A stretch of 64,000 bases of DNA from an uncultured Acidobacteriaceae bacterium (GCA_963777035.1 CAVZPJ010000002.1:194418-258417), one strand, 5' to 3'; numbered from the stretch's first letter, positions 9,607 through 22,629 are shown. Translations and numbers: made by a program. The notes: generated by a model from the letters alone, not told the origin.

Positions 9607-9964
9607 CGTCTCTACGGGAAGACTACACCCAACTAATGAGGCCGAGGCATCATCGCAACCGTAACAGCTTGCGGGAAAAAGTACTTTCGGCGCCACCGTC
9701 GGACCTCAGCGGCTGACGCCGATGCTAAAAATGCGCCGGTTATGGCAGCGGTAAACCGCTGCGCCACCCAAAAGCAAAGAGTGGCACCGGTGGCCGGACG
9801 CGCTATCCAAACGCCGCGCAAAATCCCAAGCGCGACGTAGCCGTGGAATCCCATCCTAACGTCGAAAAGCATGACGTTAGGATGGGGCACCCGGCAAAAG
9901 ACGAGGCAAGGCCCGTCTCTACGGGAAGACTACACCCAACTAACAAGTGCGAGGCATCATCGCA
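9607..9964. repeat. Mosaic REP-like insertion (about 256 bp) bracketed by a 51-bp direct repeat
   Basis: cgtctctacgggaagactacacccaacta..gaggcatcatcgca occurs at 9607-9657 and 9914-9964, about 47/51 identical by eye. The interior holds the hairpin catcctaacgtc-gaaaagcat-gacgttaggatg and modules shared with 38110-38390. Confidence 0.8.
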
Positions 9965-11210
9965 TCCTCTCACCCGTAATTTCCGCCGGGACCATCTTCA
10001 ATATCTCGCGTCCGATGGGCAACGAAGCTGTGGCCGCCGGAGAAGGCACATTCAGCACATGCAAGAATCGCTCTCGCGCCACAAACCGAAAGTCGTCGAC
10101 CAGCGTGCCATCGGGCGCCACCGCCTGGGCCCGCACGCCCGATCCGCCTGGGGTCATATCGTCCATCCATACGTCAGGCACCAAACGCTGGCAGGAGCGC
10201 ACGAACTCCCGCTTGCGCAGCGAGCGCCGAAACTCACCCAATCCATTTTTCCAGTGCTGACGCGCCATCGCCCGGAAACCCGAATTCATGAACACTTCCA
10301 TGGTCTCGCCTAAGTCGAAATCGCGCCACCGGTATCCCTCGCGCCGGAATGCCAGCACCGCATTCGGTCCTGCATCGACATTGCCGTGGATTCTCCGGGT
10401 GAAGTGCACGCCGAGAAACGGATAGCGCGGATCGGGCACGGGATAAATCAGCGCCCGCACCAATGACTGCCGAGCCGGGGCCAGATCGTAATACTCTCCG
10501 CGAAAGGGAACCAGCATCATGCCCGGATCATCCCCTGCCATGTGCGCGACCCGATCACTATAGAGTCCGGCGCAATTGACCACATACCGCGCCGAAAAAT
10601 CTGCCGCGAGCGTCCGGACCACGACCGCGCCGGAACGGTTCGAAGTTGCGCCCGACTTTGACTTGAACTCAGAATTGCGATCGAAACCGACGACGGCGGC
10701 GCCCGTCTTCACCTCGGCGCCGCGTTGCGTCGCAATCTCCGCATACTTGGCCGTTACCGCGGCATAATCGGTGATTCCCGCGGACGGTACATGCAGCGCG
10801 CGCACCCCGCCGACATGCGGCTCAATCTCGAGCATCGCCTCACGTTCCAGTAGTCGCAAACCTGTGAGCCCATTCGCCACGCCGCGTGCCAGTAAGTCAT
10901 CGAGCCGGGAAGATTCGTCGGAGTTGGTCGCTACAATCAATTTCCCGCAGACCTCATGCGGAATGCCGTGCCGTGAGCAGAACTCAACCATCTCGCGGGC
11001 CCCCGCCACACATAGCCGTGCCTTCAGCGAGCCTGCCTTGTAATAAACGCCGCTGTGGATGACGCCGCTGTTGTGTCCCGTCTGATGACGAGCGACGCCC
11101 GCTTCTTTTTCCAGAACCACCAGCCGCAGGTTAGGGAACTTTTCGCTGGCCTGCATGGCAAACGAAAGCCCAACAATCCCACCGCCAATCACGGCAACGT
11201 CGTACGTCAT
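9957..11210 (-). CDS. lhgO: L-2-hydroxyglutarate oxidase/dehydrogenase (FAD-dependent)
   Basis: Contains MTYDVAVIGGGIVGLS (FAD fold) and HQTGHNSGVIHSGVYYKAGSLKA. The ORF-track start at 11255 is probably too long, so I use ATG 11210. Confidence 0.8.
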   Translation of the reverse strand: MTYDVAVIGGGIVGLSFAMQASEKFPNLRLVVLEKEAGVARHQTGHNSGVIHSGVYYKAGSLKARLCVAGAREMVEFCSRHGIPHEVCGKLIVATNSDESSRLDDLLARGVANGLTGLRLLEREAMLEIEPHVGGVRALHVPSAGITDYAAVTAKYAEIATQRGAEVKTGAAVVGFDRNSEFKSKSGATSNRSGAVVVRTLAADFSARYVVNCAGLYSDRVAHMAGDDPGMMLVPFRGEYYDLAPARQSLVRALIYPVPDPRYPFLGVHFTRRIHGNVDAGPNAVLAFRREGYRWRDFDLGETMEVFMNSGFRAMARQHWKNGLGEFRRSLRKREFVRSCQRLVPDVWMDDMTPGGSGVRAQAVAPDGTLVDDFRFVARERFLHVLNVPSPAATASLPIGREILKMVPAEITGERMR

Positions 11211-11390
11211 AATCTCGCGTAGGGACGGACGCATTCGTCCGTCTAAGCCATGCACGGCCGCCTGACCGCAGGCTAATCACCGCAGCCTAATCAAAGACTG
11301 ATCGTACCTCAACCGTCGCCGCTTGTATGGTGACGGCAGCAACAAGCGGATGTGATGCAAAGGATGGGACGCAATAAAATGCGGCGAATG

Positions 11391-11421
11391 AAAAAGGGCG
11401 CGGACATTACGGCCCGCGCCC
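11391..11421 (-). terminator. Rho-independent terminator candidate downstream of the giant surface-protein gene
   Basis: The minus strand reads gggcgcgg-(10 nt loop)-ccgcgccc followed by TTTTT. Confidence 0.6.
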
Positions 11422-11456
11422 CGTCCGAGCAATCTTCTTCGGGGTCCTGAATTTCG

Positions 11457-11511
11457 GCGTCAGATCGGCCTTCGTCAGATCGCTCTGCGTCACATCGTCT
11501 GCGTCAGATCG
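11457..11511. repeat. Four irregularly spaced copies of GCGTCA(G/C)ATCG, immediately 3' of the stop codon at 11513
   Basis: Read directly: gcgtcagatcg..gtcagatcg..gcgtcacatcg..gcgtcagatcg, with periods of about 13-17 bp. Confidence 0.8.
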
Positions 11512-11512
11512 C

Positions 11513-14500
11513 CTACTGCACCGTCAGCGTTACCGTGTCCGAATGAGCGGGACCACCCACAGCTGTGGCTGTCACCGTGATCTGCGAGGTTCCGACTGAC
11601 GTCGGCATCACCAAATTCACGAAAGCTGATCCCGGAGCCGTCGCTGCGGCCGACGTAGCCGTCACTGTGACTGTCGCAGGGTTGGGCACCACTGCGGGAG
11701 CCGAATAGAGCCCCCTTCCTGACACCATGCCGTTCGCGCTGCCGCCCGTCATCGCCCAGGTTACGGTCTGGTCAGTTGAGCTGTTAACGGTTGCGGTGAA
11801 TTGTTGCTGAGTGACGCCCGCCGGCCATGAGTTACCGGCTTCATTCGCGAACAGAACCGTCCCCGAGGCGGGGATCACCGTGACCGTCACCGGATGTGGT
11901 GTGGTACCGCTCCCCCCGGCAACGCCGCCGCAGGAAATCTCCACCAGCATTCCGAATCCCAGTCCAAGGCAAATTAGTGCAAGTCCGAGGTAAGGGCGCG
12001 GGTTGCCGCTTTTTTTTTGCCCGATCCCCACGATTCCCATCACTGCCAACCATCCAAGCATGAAAAAAGGCAAAATGGGAGCACCGGTGCTCGCGGCGCG
12101 ACGAACGCCCCCGCCTATTCCCAGCGGACACTGGGTTGGCAAGTTCGGTCCACAGCTCCATAGGGTCAGAGTGACTGGCGTCGTCCCGGCGCCTGCCGCA
12201 ATCGACGCTGGACTGAACCCGCAGCCAGTCAACGGCGGCAGATTCGCACACACAAAGTTCACCGCCGAGCTGAAGGTTGTGCCTCCTGCGGGAGCCGCCG
12301 AAAACGTATCGCTTGCGGTCTGCCCCGCGAGCAACGTCACGGTGGCGCTGCCTGTGTCGGTCCATGTCACATCCGTTCCCACCGTCAGCGTGTCGGTCGG
12401 CGTGGCATGCGTCAGCGTCCCGTCGGTTCCCTGGATCGTGAAGTTGAACGTGCCGGCCGCAGCGCTGCCCAGCATCACGGTGAACGCTGCGCCGGTCACC
12501 GTCGGCGTCACCTTAGGCGGCGTAATCGCGCACGTTCCCGGAGCTCCCGCGGTACAGTTCAGGGTTACGGTCCCGTTGTATCCATTGATCGACGTCAGCG
12601 TTCCACTCCATGTAACGGTTTGATTTGCCACTGTCGTATTCGGAGTTGCGACCACCGCAATCGAAAAATCAGGAGTGGGCTTGGTCACCGTAAGACTGAA
12701 GGTTTGCGTCTTAGCGGAGGGCGCCCCCGGCGTCGTCGCTGAGATCGTTACCGTAACCGGACCACCCGCCGGAGTCCCTGCCGCAGCTGTCACCGTTAGT
12801 GTCACTGTCACCGGCGTCGAGGACGTGGGACTGACGGTACTCGATGGTGAAAACGCGCAGGCCGCTCCCGTCGGCAGCCCGGACGAGCAGCTTAATGTCA
12901 CGGTTCCGGCAAAACTGCCCGACGCCGACACCTGCAACGTGCTCGCTCCCGACGTTCCGCCCTGCCCCACAGTCAACGAATTCGGACTTGGCGCCGTTAG
13001 ATTGAAGTCCACTACATGCGGCGTTACGGCCGCATCGACGGTAATCGTCTTTGGATCCGTCCCCACCGCATGCGCGTTGAAGCTGTAGTCGCCTACCGCT
13101 CCAGCGGCCGTCAGGGTGTAGGTTGCGGTGGGATTTCCTGAAAATGTTACCTGTGTGGGCTGCAGGATGCAGGTCGCCGGCGCGGCGCCCGTGCAGCTTA
13201 AATTCACCGGACTCGAGTAGCCATCCTCGGCCGTGACTGTGCCGTTGAACGTTGCTGTTTGTGCGGAAAAGATGGTCTGTGGCGTATTCGAAATTAGGTT
13301 CGTAAAAGTGGGGGCCGTCACCAGAGCGTAGTTCCAGATACCGCGCCCGTATGTCGATGCGACCAGCGTTTTCGTGCCGTTGGAATTGAAAAGTTGCAGC
13401 GCGGACACCGGAGCATTCGGCAGAAATCCAGAAACACCGGGGCCTGGCGGCGGACCAACTTCCGTCCAACTCGGAGCGCTGGTCGCGCTCACAAAGATGC
13501 CCACGTCGGTGCCCGCGTAAACCTGCGCTGCCTGGCCATCGACCAGCAACGCATTCACGGGAGCATCCGGCAGTGCGGTCGCTCCCGTGCCCGTCCAGTC
13601 TGTCCAACTGGTGCCCGCATTCGTTGTCTGCCACACATGCGGCGTTGGAAATCCTGGCGTACTGAATCCCATGATTCCGATGTACGCGGTGCCGCCCGAT
13701 TGATGGGATGAATCCATGGCGACCGTCGAAATCGCATACCCGTTCGGATTCACATTCTGGGTTGCATTCGTCATCAAACTGACGCCGGCATTGGTCGTTA
13801 CCCATACTTCGCCGCCGGGCGACCCGCTGAGCGGACCGTATCCGTTGGTCACCGCATAGACCACCTCCGAACTGCCGGTGAGGTTTGGCGGGCCGCCCGC
13901 CGCCAGCGCGTTCACCAGGTTGATTTCCTCCCCCGTGCATACTCCTGTGCCCAGAGTTTCAAAGTCGTTACTGAGCTGCAGCGGAGCCGTTCCGCCCGTG
14001 CTGATCTGCCATACCCGGCATGTTCCCACCAGCAGTTCGCCGGAATTCTGCGGGTCCAGAATGAAGGGGGTGTAGAAAGCACTTTGATCTCCGCCCAGAC
14101 TGGCGGAGCTTACGATCTGGGTGAATGCTGCGTCGTTACATGCCGTTCCCAACTCGCACTTCAGAATCGTGAGGTAAGGATTCGACGCAAACCACTCAAT
14201 CGGGTTGCTGGGGTTGATCGCATTAAATCCGCCATCTCCGCCGAGCGCGTTCTGCCAGGTAGTGCTGCTGGTCGCGGTGCTGGTTTTTGGGGAGCCATTA
14301 TCCTGAGTTCCACCGAGCAGAATGTCGGCACTCGTCGGATGCACGGAGACCGAAACAAATTCCGTCATTGAGCCCAGGCTCTGGCTCAAGCTGTCAAACT
14401 GATTGGTTCCGGCGCAACTGCCCGTCACCAGCCCGGTGTAGCCGTCGAGCGTCCGGCTGATTCCTCCATCATGCGCGAAGTATCCGGGCGTCTTGCCGCT

Positions 14501-16151
14501 CGCCACCATGAAGGCGATTCCATGCTGGTCGGGATGGACATGCGCCGGCGCTCCCAGCGGGCTGCAGCCATAGACGTGCGTCAGATTGATCCAGTCGCTT
14601 TGTGTGCAAGCCGTACTGCCCGGTTCCAGGGTGCACTTGTAAAGATTGATCGCACCGGCGTAAACGTCGGTTCCGGTTGAATTCGGTGGAGGCGGGTTGG
14701 GAATCGCCGCCAGTTCCAGGTTGTAATCACCTTGCTCCACTCCACAGCCGCTGTTGCCGGGACCGAATGCGTTGTCACCGCAGTTCGTGATGCCGTTATC
14801 CGGAATCTGTGTCCAACTCGCTCCGCCCGTCTTCGTCTGCCAGATGCCCTCGTCGACCGGTTCGGGATTTCCATATTCGTCGGGCTGCAGATCGACCACC
14901 CACACATACATCTCGTTGCGTCCCGCTACTACCGCAAACTCTCCGCGATAAATCAGACAGCCACTCGAATTCGAAGCGGCGGGGCAATTCGCAGAGGCCA
15001 GACCAGCGGTAGGCTGCGTAGTCAGGCGCGTAAAATGCTGGCCGTCGGGCGATGAATAGAGTCCATGCCGCCGGATGAACGCGTAGAAAGTCCCGTTCGC
15101 TCCCTGGCTGGGGTTGTAAGTCACTGCCGTCGCCGATGCCGGAACCGCGCCGTCGGAGAGGATGACGCGGTTCCAAGTCATGCCCGCGTCCGCGGAAAAG
15201 TAAAGTCCGCGCGCGGTCGAATTGCTGTCTTCTTCCCGGCCAAGGTAAAGCCCGTTGTCCGGCTGTGGCCGCTACCGCCAGAAGTGGGTTTGCCGTACTG
15301 AACGCGATTTTGCTGAACCCGATTCCAAGAAAAGACTGCCCCGTTCCTGCGCTCTGGATCTGCATGGGCCACGTTAAACCGCCGTCGGTAGAGCGCAAAA
15401 TTCCCAATCCGTAGTAAGAATCTCCGGAACTGTTTGTCTCTCCGGTTCCGACCAGAATCACGTTGCTGTTGCCTGGCTGCAACGCGATTGCGCCGACTGC
15501 CAGAGTGGGCTGATCGTCGATCAATGCCTGCCAAGTGACCGCAGCAGGATTGGAATTCAGGCTACCGGCATTGGTCGATTTCCAAAGGCCGCCATAAGCG
15601 CCGCCGAGAATCACGGTGTTTCCCGAACCGTCCGCTGGATCGATCAGCACCGAAGTCGCGCGCCCGGAAACCCAGTTGTAATTCTGGCCTCCCTCTCCTG
15701 TAGCGTCGGAAGCAAGCGGAGCTGGACCAACCGATGTCCAAACCGTGGAACCTGATTGCGAAGCGGGTAAAGAAGCAGTGGGGACACTGTTCCTTCGCGC
15801 CGCTCGCATCGCCATTTTCTGCTGGTAAGCGCGAAAACGGAGTCGCGCTGCGGAGTCGCCAGGCACGGTGCGGCCGCGTTGGTTCCAGTTTCCGCGCAAG
15901 TCGTCGCGGTGCAAGTCATTGCCCGGAAGATCATCGCGCCGACGATCATCGCGCGAATAAGAGCGATCCCCATCATGAGGGCTATTCGTATCCTTTATTA
16001 CACCGCCGTTTTCGGAGGATGAGGAGGGGGCGGTAGTCTGTGCAGGTGTCTGACCGCTGACCGAGAAGCCGCCGGCGAAAAGAAAAATGACAGTTGTAAG
16101 GAATCTGGCGAAGAAAATGAAGTGAGAAGAACGCAAACGGAACCGGGCCAT
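11513..16151 (-). pseudogene. Giant secreted BNR/Asp-box beta-propeller plus Ig-like repeat protein, reading frame broken once (or sequence error)
   Basis: ORFs 14796..16247 and 11513..15181 are two frames of one gene. It has a signal peptide (MARFRLRSSHFIFFARFLTTVIFLFAGG), Asp-boxes (STDGGLTW, SADAGMTW, TNAGTSW, KTGGASW) and T/S/V-rich Ig-like repeats. Frame A homology ends at ..LLAVAATAG and frame B resumes at PDNGLYLGREEDS. Frame B carries a TAG at 15272-15274. Confidence 0.65.
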
Positions 16152-16355
16152 AGGTTGAAACGCCACTCTGGCGCCGGCGGGACGCGGCGCCTTCCTAGAG
16201 TCTCCATGATGGAGAGAAGTTTTCCATGTCCTCGAAAGTCTCCCCAACCTTGGTAGCTATGAACTGGCGGGCAGGTGCTTTGCAGACCTGCCATGACGCA
16301 ACATTGGGGAGGGATGAGAACTATGGTAAGTTCAAATCCGTTATACTAGTCGAGC

Positions 16356-16874
16356 ATGTCCGTGATCAAAAACATTGGCGCCATCGCCCAGGGAATGTCG
16401 ATCACCCTGAAGGAGATGTTTCAGCCCACGATTGTCGAGAACTATCCCGATGGTCCGGGCCCCACGAAAGGGGCAATGTTTCAGGAACGATTCCGCGGCA
16501 TGCACGTGCTGCAGCGCGACGAAAATGGACTGGAAAAGTGTGTAGCGTGTTTCCTGTGCGCCGCCGCTTGCCCCGCCAACTGCATTTACATAGAAGCCGC
16601 GGAGAACACCGAAGAGAAACGGGTTTCAGGCGCGGAACGTTACGCTCGTGTCTACAACATCGATTACAATCGATGTATCTTTTGTGGGTATTGTGTGGAA
16701 GCGTGCCCCACCGATGCGATTACGCACGGGCACGGATTTGAGCTGGCAACCTTCAATGCAAGCAGCCTGGTTTACAGAAAAGAGCAGATGCTGGCGCCGG
16801 CTCCGGCGCATATGGGAGCCAATCAGGTGTTTGCGCTATCGGAACTGGAATCGGGAGGCGTGAAGGGAACTTAG
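16356..16874 (+). CDS. nuoI: NADH-quinone oxidoreductase subunit I (2x[4Fe-4S] ferredoxin-type)
   Basis: Contains CVACFLCAAACP and CIFCGYCVEACP cluster motifs in a NuoI-like context (YNIDYNRCIFCGYCVEACPTDAI). Length is 172 aa. Confidence 0.85.
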   Translation: MSVIKNIGAIAQGMSITLKEMFQPTIVENYPDGPGPTKGAMFQERFRGMHVLQRDENGLEKCVACFLCAAACPANCIYIEAAENTEEKRVSGAERYARVYNIDYNRCIFCGYCVEACPTDAITHGHGFELATFNASSLVYRKEQMLAPAPAHMGANQVFALSELESGGVKGT

Positions 16875-16894
16875 CAAGTTTCAGGATTTCGCCA

Positions 16895-16922
16895 AACGCC
16901 GGTCCCGAACGGGACCGGCGTT
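16895..16922 (+). terminator. Rho-independent terminator candidate after nuoI
   Basis: Perfect 12-bp stem aacgccggtccc-gaac-gggaccggcgtt, followed by gttgtat. Confidence 0.7.
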
Positions 16923-16959
16923 GTTGTATGGAAGCGGTCGTTGGTAGGTAAATGACTCA

Positions 16960-17270
16960 AAAATACATTGCCTCAGCGGCTAAAGCCGTAATGAAAATGC
17001 GAGCTTACGGCACGGCTGAAGCCGTGCCCTTTCAAGACGAGTGAAACTCAACCAGTAGGCGATGTCGTTGCCGCTTTATTCTCGGCAATGCCGCAAAGTT
17101 AGGTGATGACTCAGCTTACGGCACGGCTGAAGCCGTGCTTTTTCAAAACGAGACTCAACCAGTAAGCGAAGTTAAAGTCGGAGCCGTGGCCTTTCAAAAC
17201 GAGTGAAACTCAACCAGTAAGCAGAGTTGAAGTCGGAGTTCAGGCCGAATCCAAGGCTGCTTAAGGTCAT
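16960..17270. repeat. Array of REP-like units (hairpin cggcacggctgaagccgtgcc + ctttcaa.acgag..aactcaaccagtaagc)
   Basis: There are three successive units, with hairpins at about 17007-17037 and 17117-17147 and a degenerate copy near 17180. The same hairpin recurs at 63043-63070, and a variant at 38243-38275. Confidence 0.8.
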
Positions 17271-17279
17271 CAAAAAGAC

Positions 17280-18406
17280 ATGACGAGAGTCCATCAACAT
17301 CCTCTGGAAAAGATCCTCGAGAGTCGGATTGCCATCATCGACGGAGCGATGGGCACGACCATCCGCACTTATGGAATGACGGAATCGGACATCCGCGGAG
17401 AGCGCTTTAAGGACTCGACGAAGAGCCTGCTGAACAATGGCGACCTCTTCTCGTTGACTAAGCCAGAAATGATTGGCGACATTCATCGGCGGTTTCTTGA
17501 GGCCGGGGCGGACATCATCGAGACGAACACCTTCGGTGCAACCAGCATTACCCAGAGCGAATTCTTTGTCGAGGATCCGCGGGAGCGGGGCGGGCGCAAG
17601 GATCCAGATTTCTATCAAAAGATCGTCGAAGATCTGTTTCTCGGCAACCTGGCTTGTGATATCAATGAGCAATCGGCGCGTCAGTGCCGCGAATGGGCCG
17701 ACCGTGTGGGTGCGGCAACCTCGCGTCAACGGTTTGTGGCGGGGGCGATCGGGCCGCTGACGGTGTCACTGTCGAACTCGCCCGATGCCGATGATCCAGG
17801 CTTCCGGGTCGTCACCTTCGATCAGGTTAAGACGGCCTATGCGCAGCAAGTGCGCGCACTGATTGCCGGCGGCGTAGATCTGCTGCTGGTCGAAACGATC
17901 TTCGACTCCCTGAACGCGAAGGCAGCTCTTGTTGCCATCCGTGAGGTGTTCGACGAGGGGGGCAAAGAATTGCCGGTGATGATCTCGGCGGCGGTGGGGC
18001 GTGGCGGCGAGACCATGATATCGGCGCAGACGACTGAGGCATTCTGGAACGCAGTGCGACACGTGAAGCCGCTGTCGGTGGGACTCAACTGCTCTCTCGG
18101 TCCCGATCTGATGTACCCGTTCCTGGAGGAACTGGCGGAGAAGGCGGATGTGGCGATTTCGTGCTATCCGAATGCCGGGTTGCCGAATCCGCTAGCGGAA
18201 ACGGGTTTCGATCTGGGACCGCAAGATATGGCGCGTTATCTGGGCGACTTCGCGCGCGGAGGATTGATTAATATTGCCGGCGGCTGTTGCGGCAACACGC
18301 CCGAGCACATCGCGGCGATCGCCAGGGCGCTCGAAGGCCAGCCTCCTCGAAAGTACAGGACTCAACCTCCCACGGAATCCTATGCCCTCCAAAGCGAGGG
18401 CAAGGA

Positions 18407-18410
<4 letters not shown>
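17280..18410 (+). CDS. metH: Methionine synthase, homocysteine S-methyltransferase (Hcy-binding) module as a separate ORF
   Basis: Contains [19 protein letters not shown] and [14 protein letters not shown] (zinc-binding Cys). The ORF stops at TGA 18408-18410. Confidence 0.85.
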
Positions 18411-21157
<2,747 letters not shown>

Positions 21158-21331
21158 GAGTAAGAGTGTATGCCGGCAGAACGCTGCGAGGTCGTGTACC
21201 TGAGTTTGCTTTCTGGGAACCTGTGCTGGCGATTCTTGTTGCCTCGGCAGGCGTCTGGCTCTTACTCTAATCCCTGCGTTTTCTGAATCTCGCCAAACCA
21301 GAGCCGCGCGAGCCAAGTTTGTCATCCAACT

Positions 21332-22483
21332 ATGAATCTCAGTTTCAGAAATTTCCTGGGCTCACTCTGGTCGCGTCCCGATCCCGTTCTTGCCGAAGCC
21401 GGTGTCGTCGGTGAATTGCTGGTCGCGAAAATTCGCTTGTGCCTGGCCAGTCTTCTCCTGCTTATTCCTCTGATCAATTCTCTATTCTTCCCGGTGGACG
21501 TGAAGGAGAGCATTGTTGGCCTCAGCCTCACCTTCGGCACATTCCTGGTTTCCATCATCGTCTATCTTCTGATCTCCCGCGAATACAATCCCTCGTGGCT
21601 GAGTTTCGCCAGCAGCGGTTTTGACGTCACCCTGGTGAGTATCGGGCTGGCTCTGTTCCTGGCCATGAATCAGCCGCACACCGCGGTGAACAGTAAGGTT
21701 GTCTTTGAAGGGTATTTTCTGGCCATCGCGGCCACCAGTCTTCGCTATGACAAGCGAGTCTGCATCAGCGCGGGGTTGCTGGCGTTTGGGGAGTATCTTG
21801 CGATTCTCTATTTCGCGGTAACCCACTGGGATCTCAACAGCCCGATTTATGCGCCCTACAATTACGGTGTGTTCGGCTGGTCGGCGCAAATCTCGCGATT
21901 GATCATCATGCTGACGGCATCGGCGCTCAGCCTGGCGGTAGTTGCCCGGGGCCAGAAACTCCTGCAACTCGCGACCAGCGATCCTTTGACCGGCTTATTC
22001 AACCGGGCCTACGTGGATGACCGCTTCGCCATCGAACTCAGCCGCGCCCGCCGCTATGGAAAACCGCTGACCATTGCCGTCATCGATGCGGATCGGTTTA
22101 AGTCGCTCAACGACACGCATGGCCATTCGGCCGGAGATCTGGTCTTGCGGAAAATCGGCGCTGTCCTTCGCGACTCCTTCCGTCAGAGTGACACCGCGGG
22201 ACGCTATGGCGGCGAAGAGTTCGTGGTGATCCTGCCCGAGACCGACATCGATACCGCACAGCGGAAGCTTGAATCGCTGCGGGAGTTGGTGGCCGGCACT
22301 CCGGTGGCATTGCCTGCACGCGGAGCGAAGGTTCAGGTGACGATCAGCGCCGGACTAGCCAGCTTCCCGCAAGATGGAGACGATACCGCGCGATTGTTCG
22401 CCCTGGCCGACGACAGAATGTTTCAGGCAAAAAAAGAAGGACGCAATCGGGTCATCGCCGGTACGGAAGCGATTCTCTCGTGA
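21332..22483 (+). CDS. Membrane-anchored diguanylate cyclase (GGDEF)
   Basis: The N-terminal ~200 aa are polytopic and hydrophobic. These are followed by DPLTGLFNR, the GGEEF active site, and an RQSD I-site five residues upstream of it. Confidence 0.85.
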   Translation: MNLSFRNFLGSLWSRPDPVLAEAGVVGELLVAKIRLCLASLLLLIPLINSLFFPVDVKESIVGLSLTFGTFLVSIIVYLLISREYNPSWLSFASSGFDVTLVSIGLALFLAMNQPHTAVNSKVVFEGYFLAIAATSLRYDKRVCISAGLLAFGEYLAILYFAVTHWDLNSPIYAPYNYGVFGWSAQISRLIIMLTASALSLAVVARGQKLLQLATSDPLTGLFNRAYVDDRFAIELSRARRYGKPLTIAVIDADRFKSLNDTHGHSAGDLVLRKIGAVLRDSFRQSDTAGRYGGEEFVVILPETDIDTAQRKLESLRELVAGTPVALPARGAKVQVTISAGLASFPQDGDDTARLFALADDRMFQAKKEGRNRVIAGTEAILS

Positions 22484-22570
22484 GAATTCCGTGCAATCCT
22501 TCAAACGGCTTTCCTCGAAGTGCCTTTTTGCGTCCGACTGTATCTGTCGAATCGAGTGCGAAAAAAGTCA

Positions 22571-22629
22571 AACGCAAAAACAACGGCAAAGGCAACGGCA
22601 AAGGCAAAAGCAGCGGCAAAGGCAGCGGA
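22571..22629. repeat. Hexanucleotide tandem repeat (RRMGGC, e.g. AAAGGC/AACGGC/AGCGGC), about 8-9 units, intergenic
   Basis: Read directly: aacggc aaaggc aacggc aaaggc aaaagc agcggc aaaggc agcgga. Confidence 0.85.

Noticed and set aside
15258-15274. Programmed ribosomal frameshift as the explanation for the split giant gene.
   Set aside because: There is no slippery X XXY YYZ heptamer, homopolymer or obvious downstream stimulatory hairpin at the junction. A mutation or a sequence error is the simpler explanation.
21158-21268. Long imperfect hairpin right after the metH stop. gagtaagag and ctcttactc close a ~92-nt interior with partial internal complementarity.
   Set aside because: Only the 9-bp closing helix is perfect, and the inner pairing needs several bulges. 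It could be a REP-like element or a terminator, but I cannot support a specific call.
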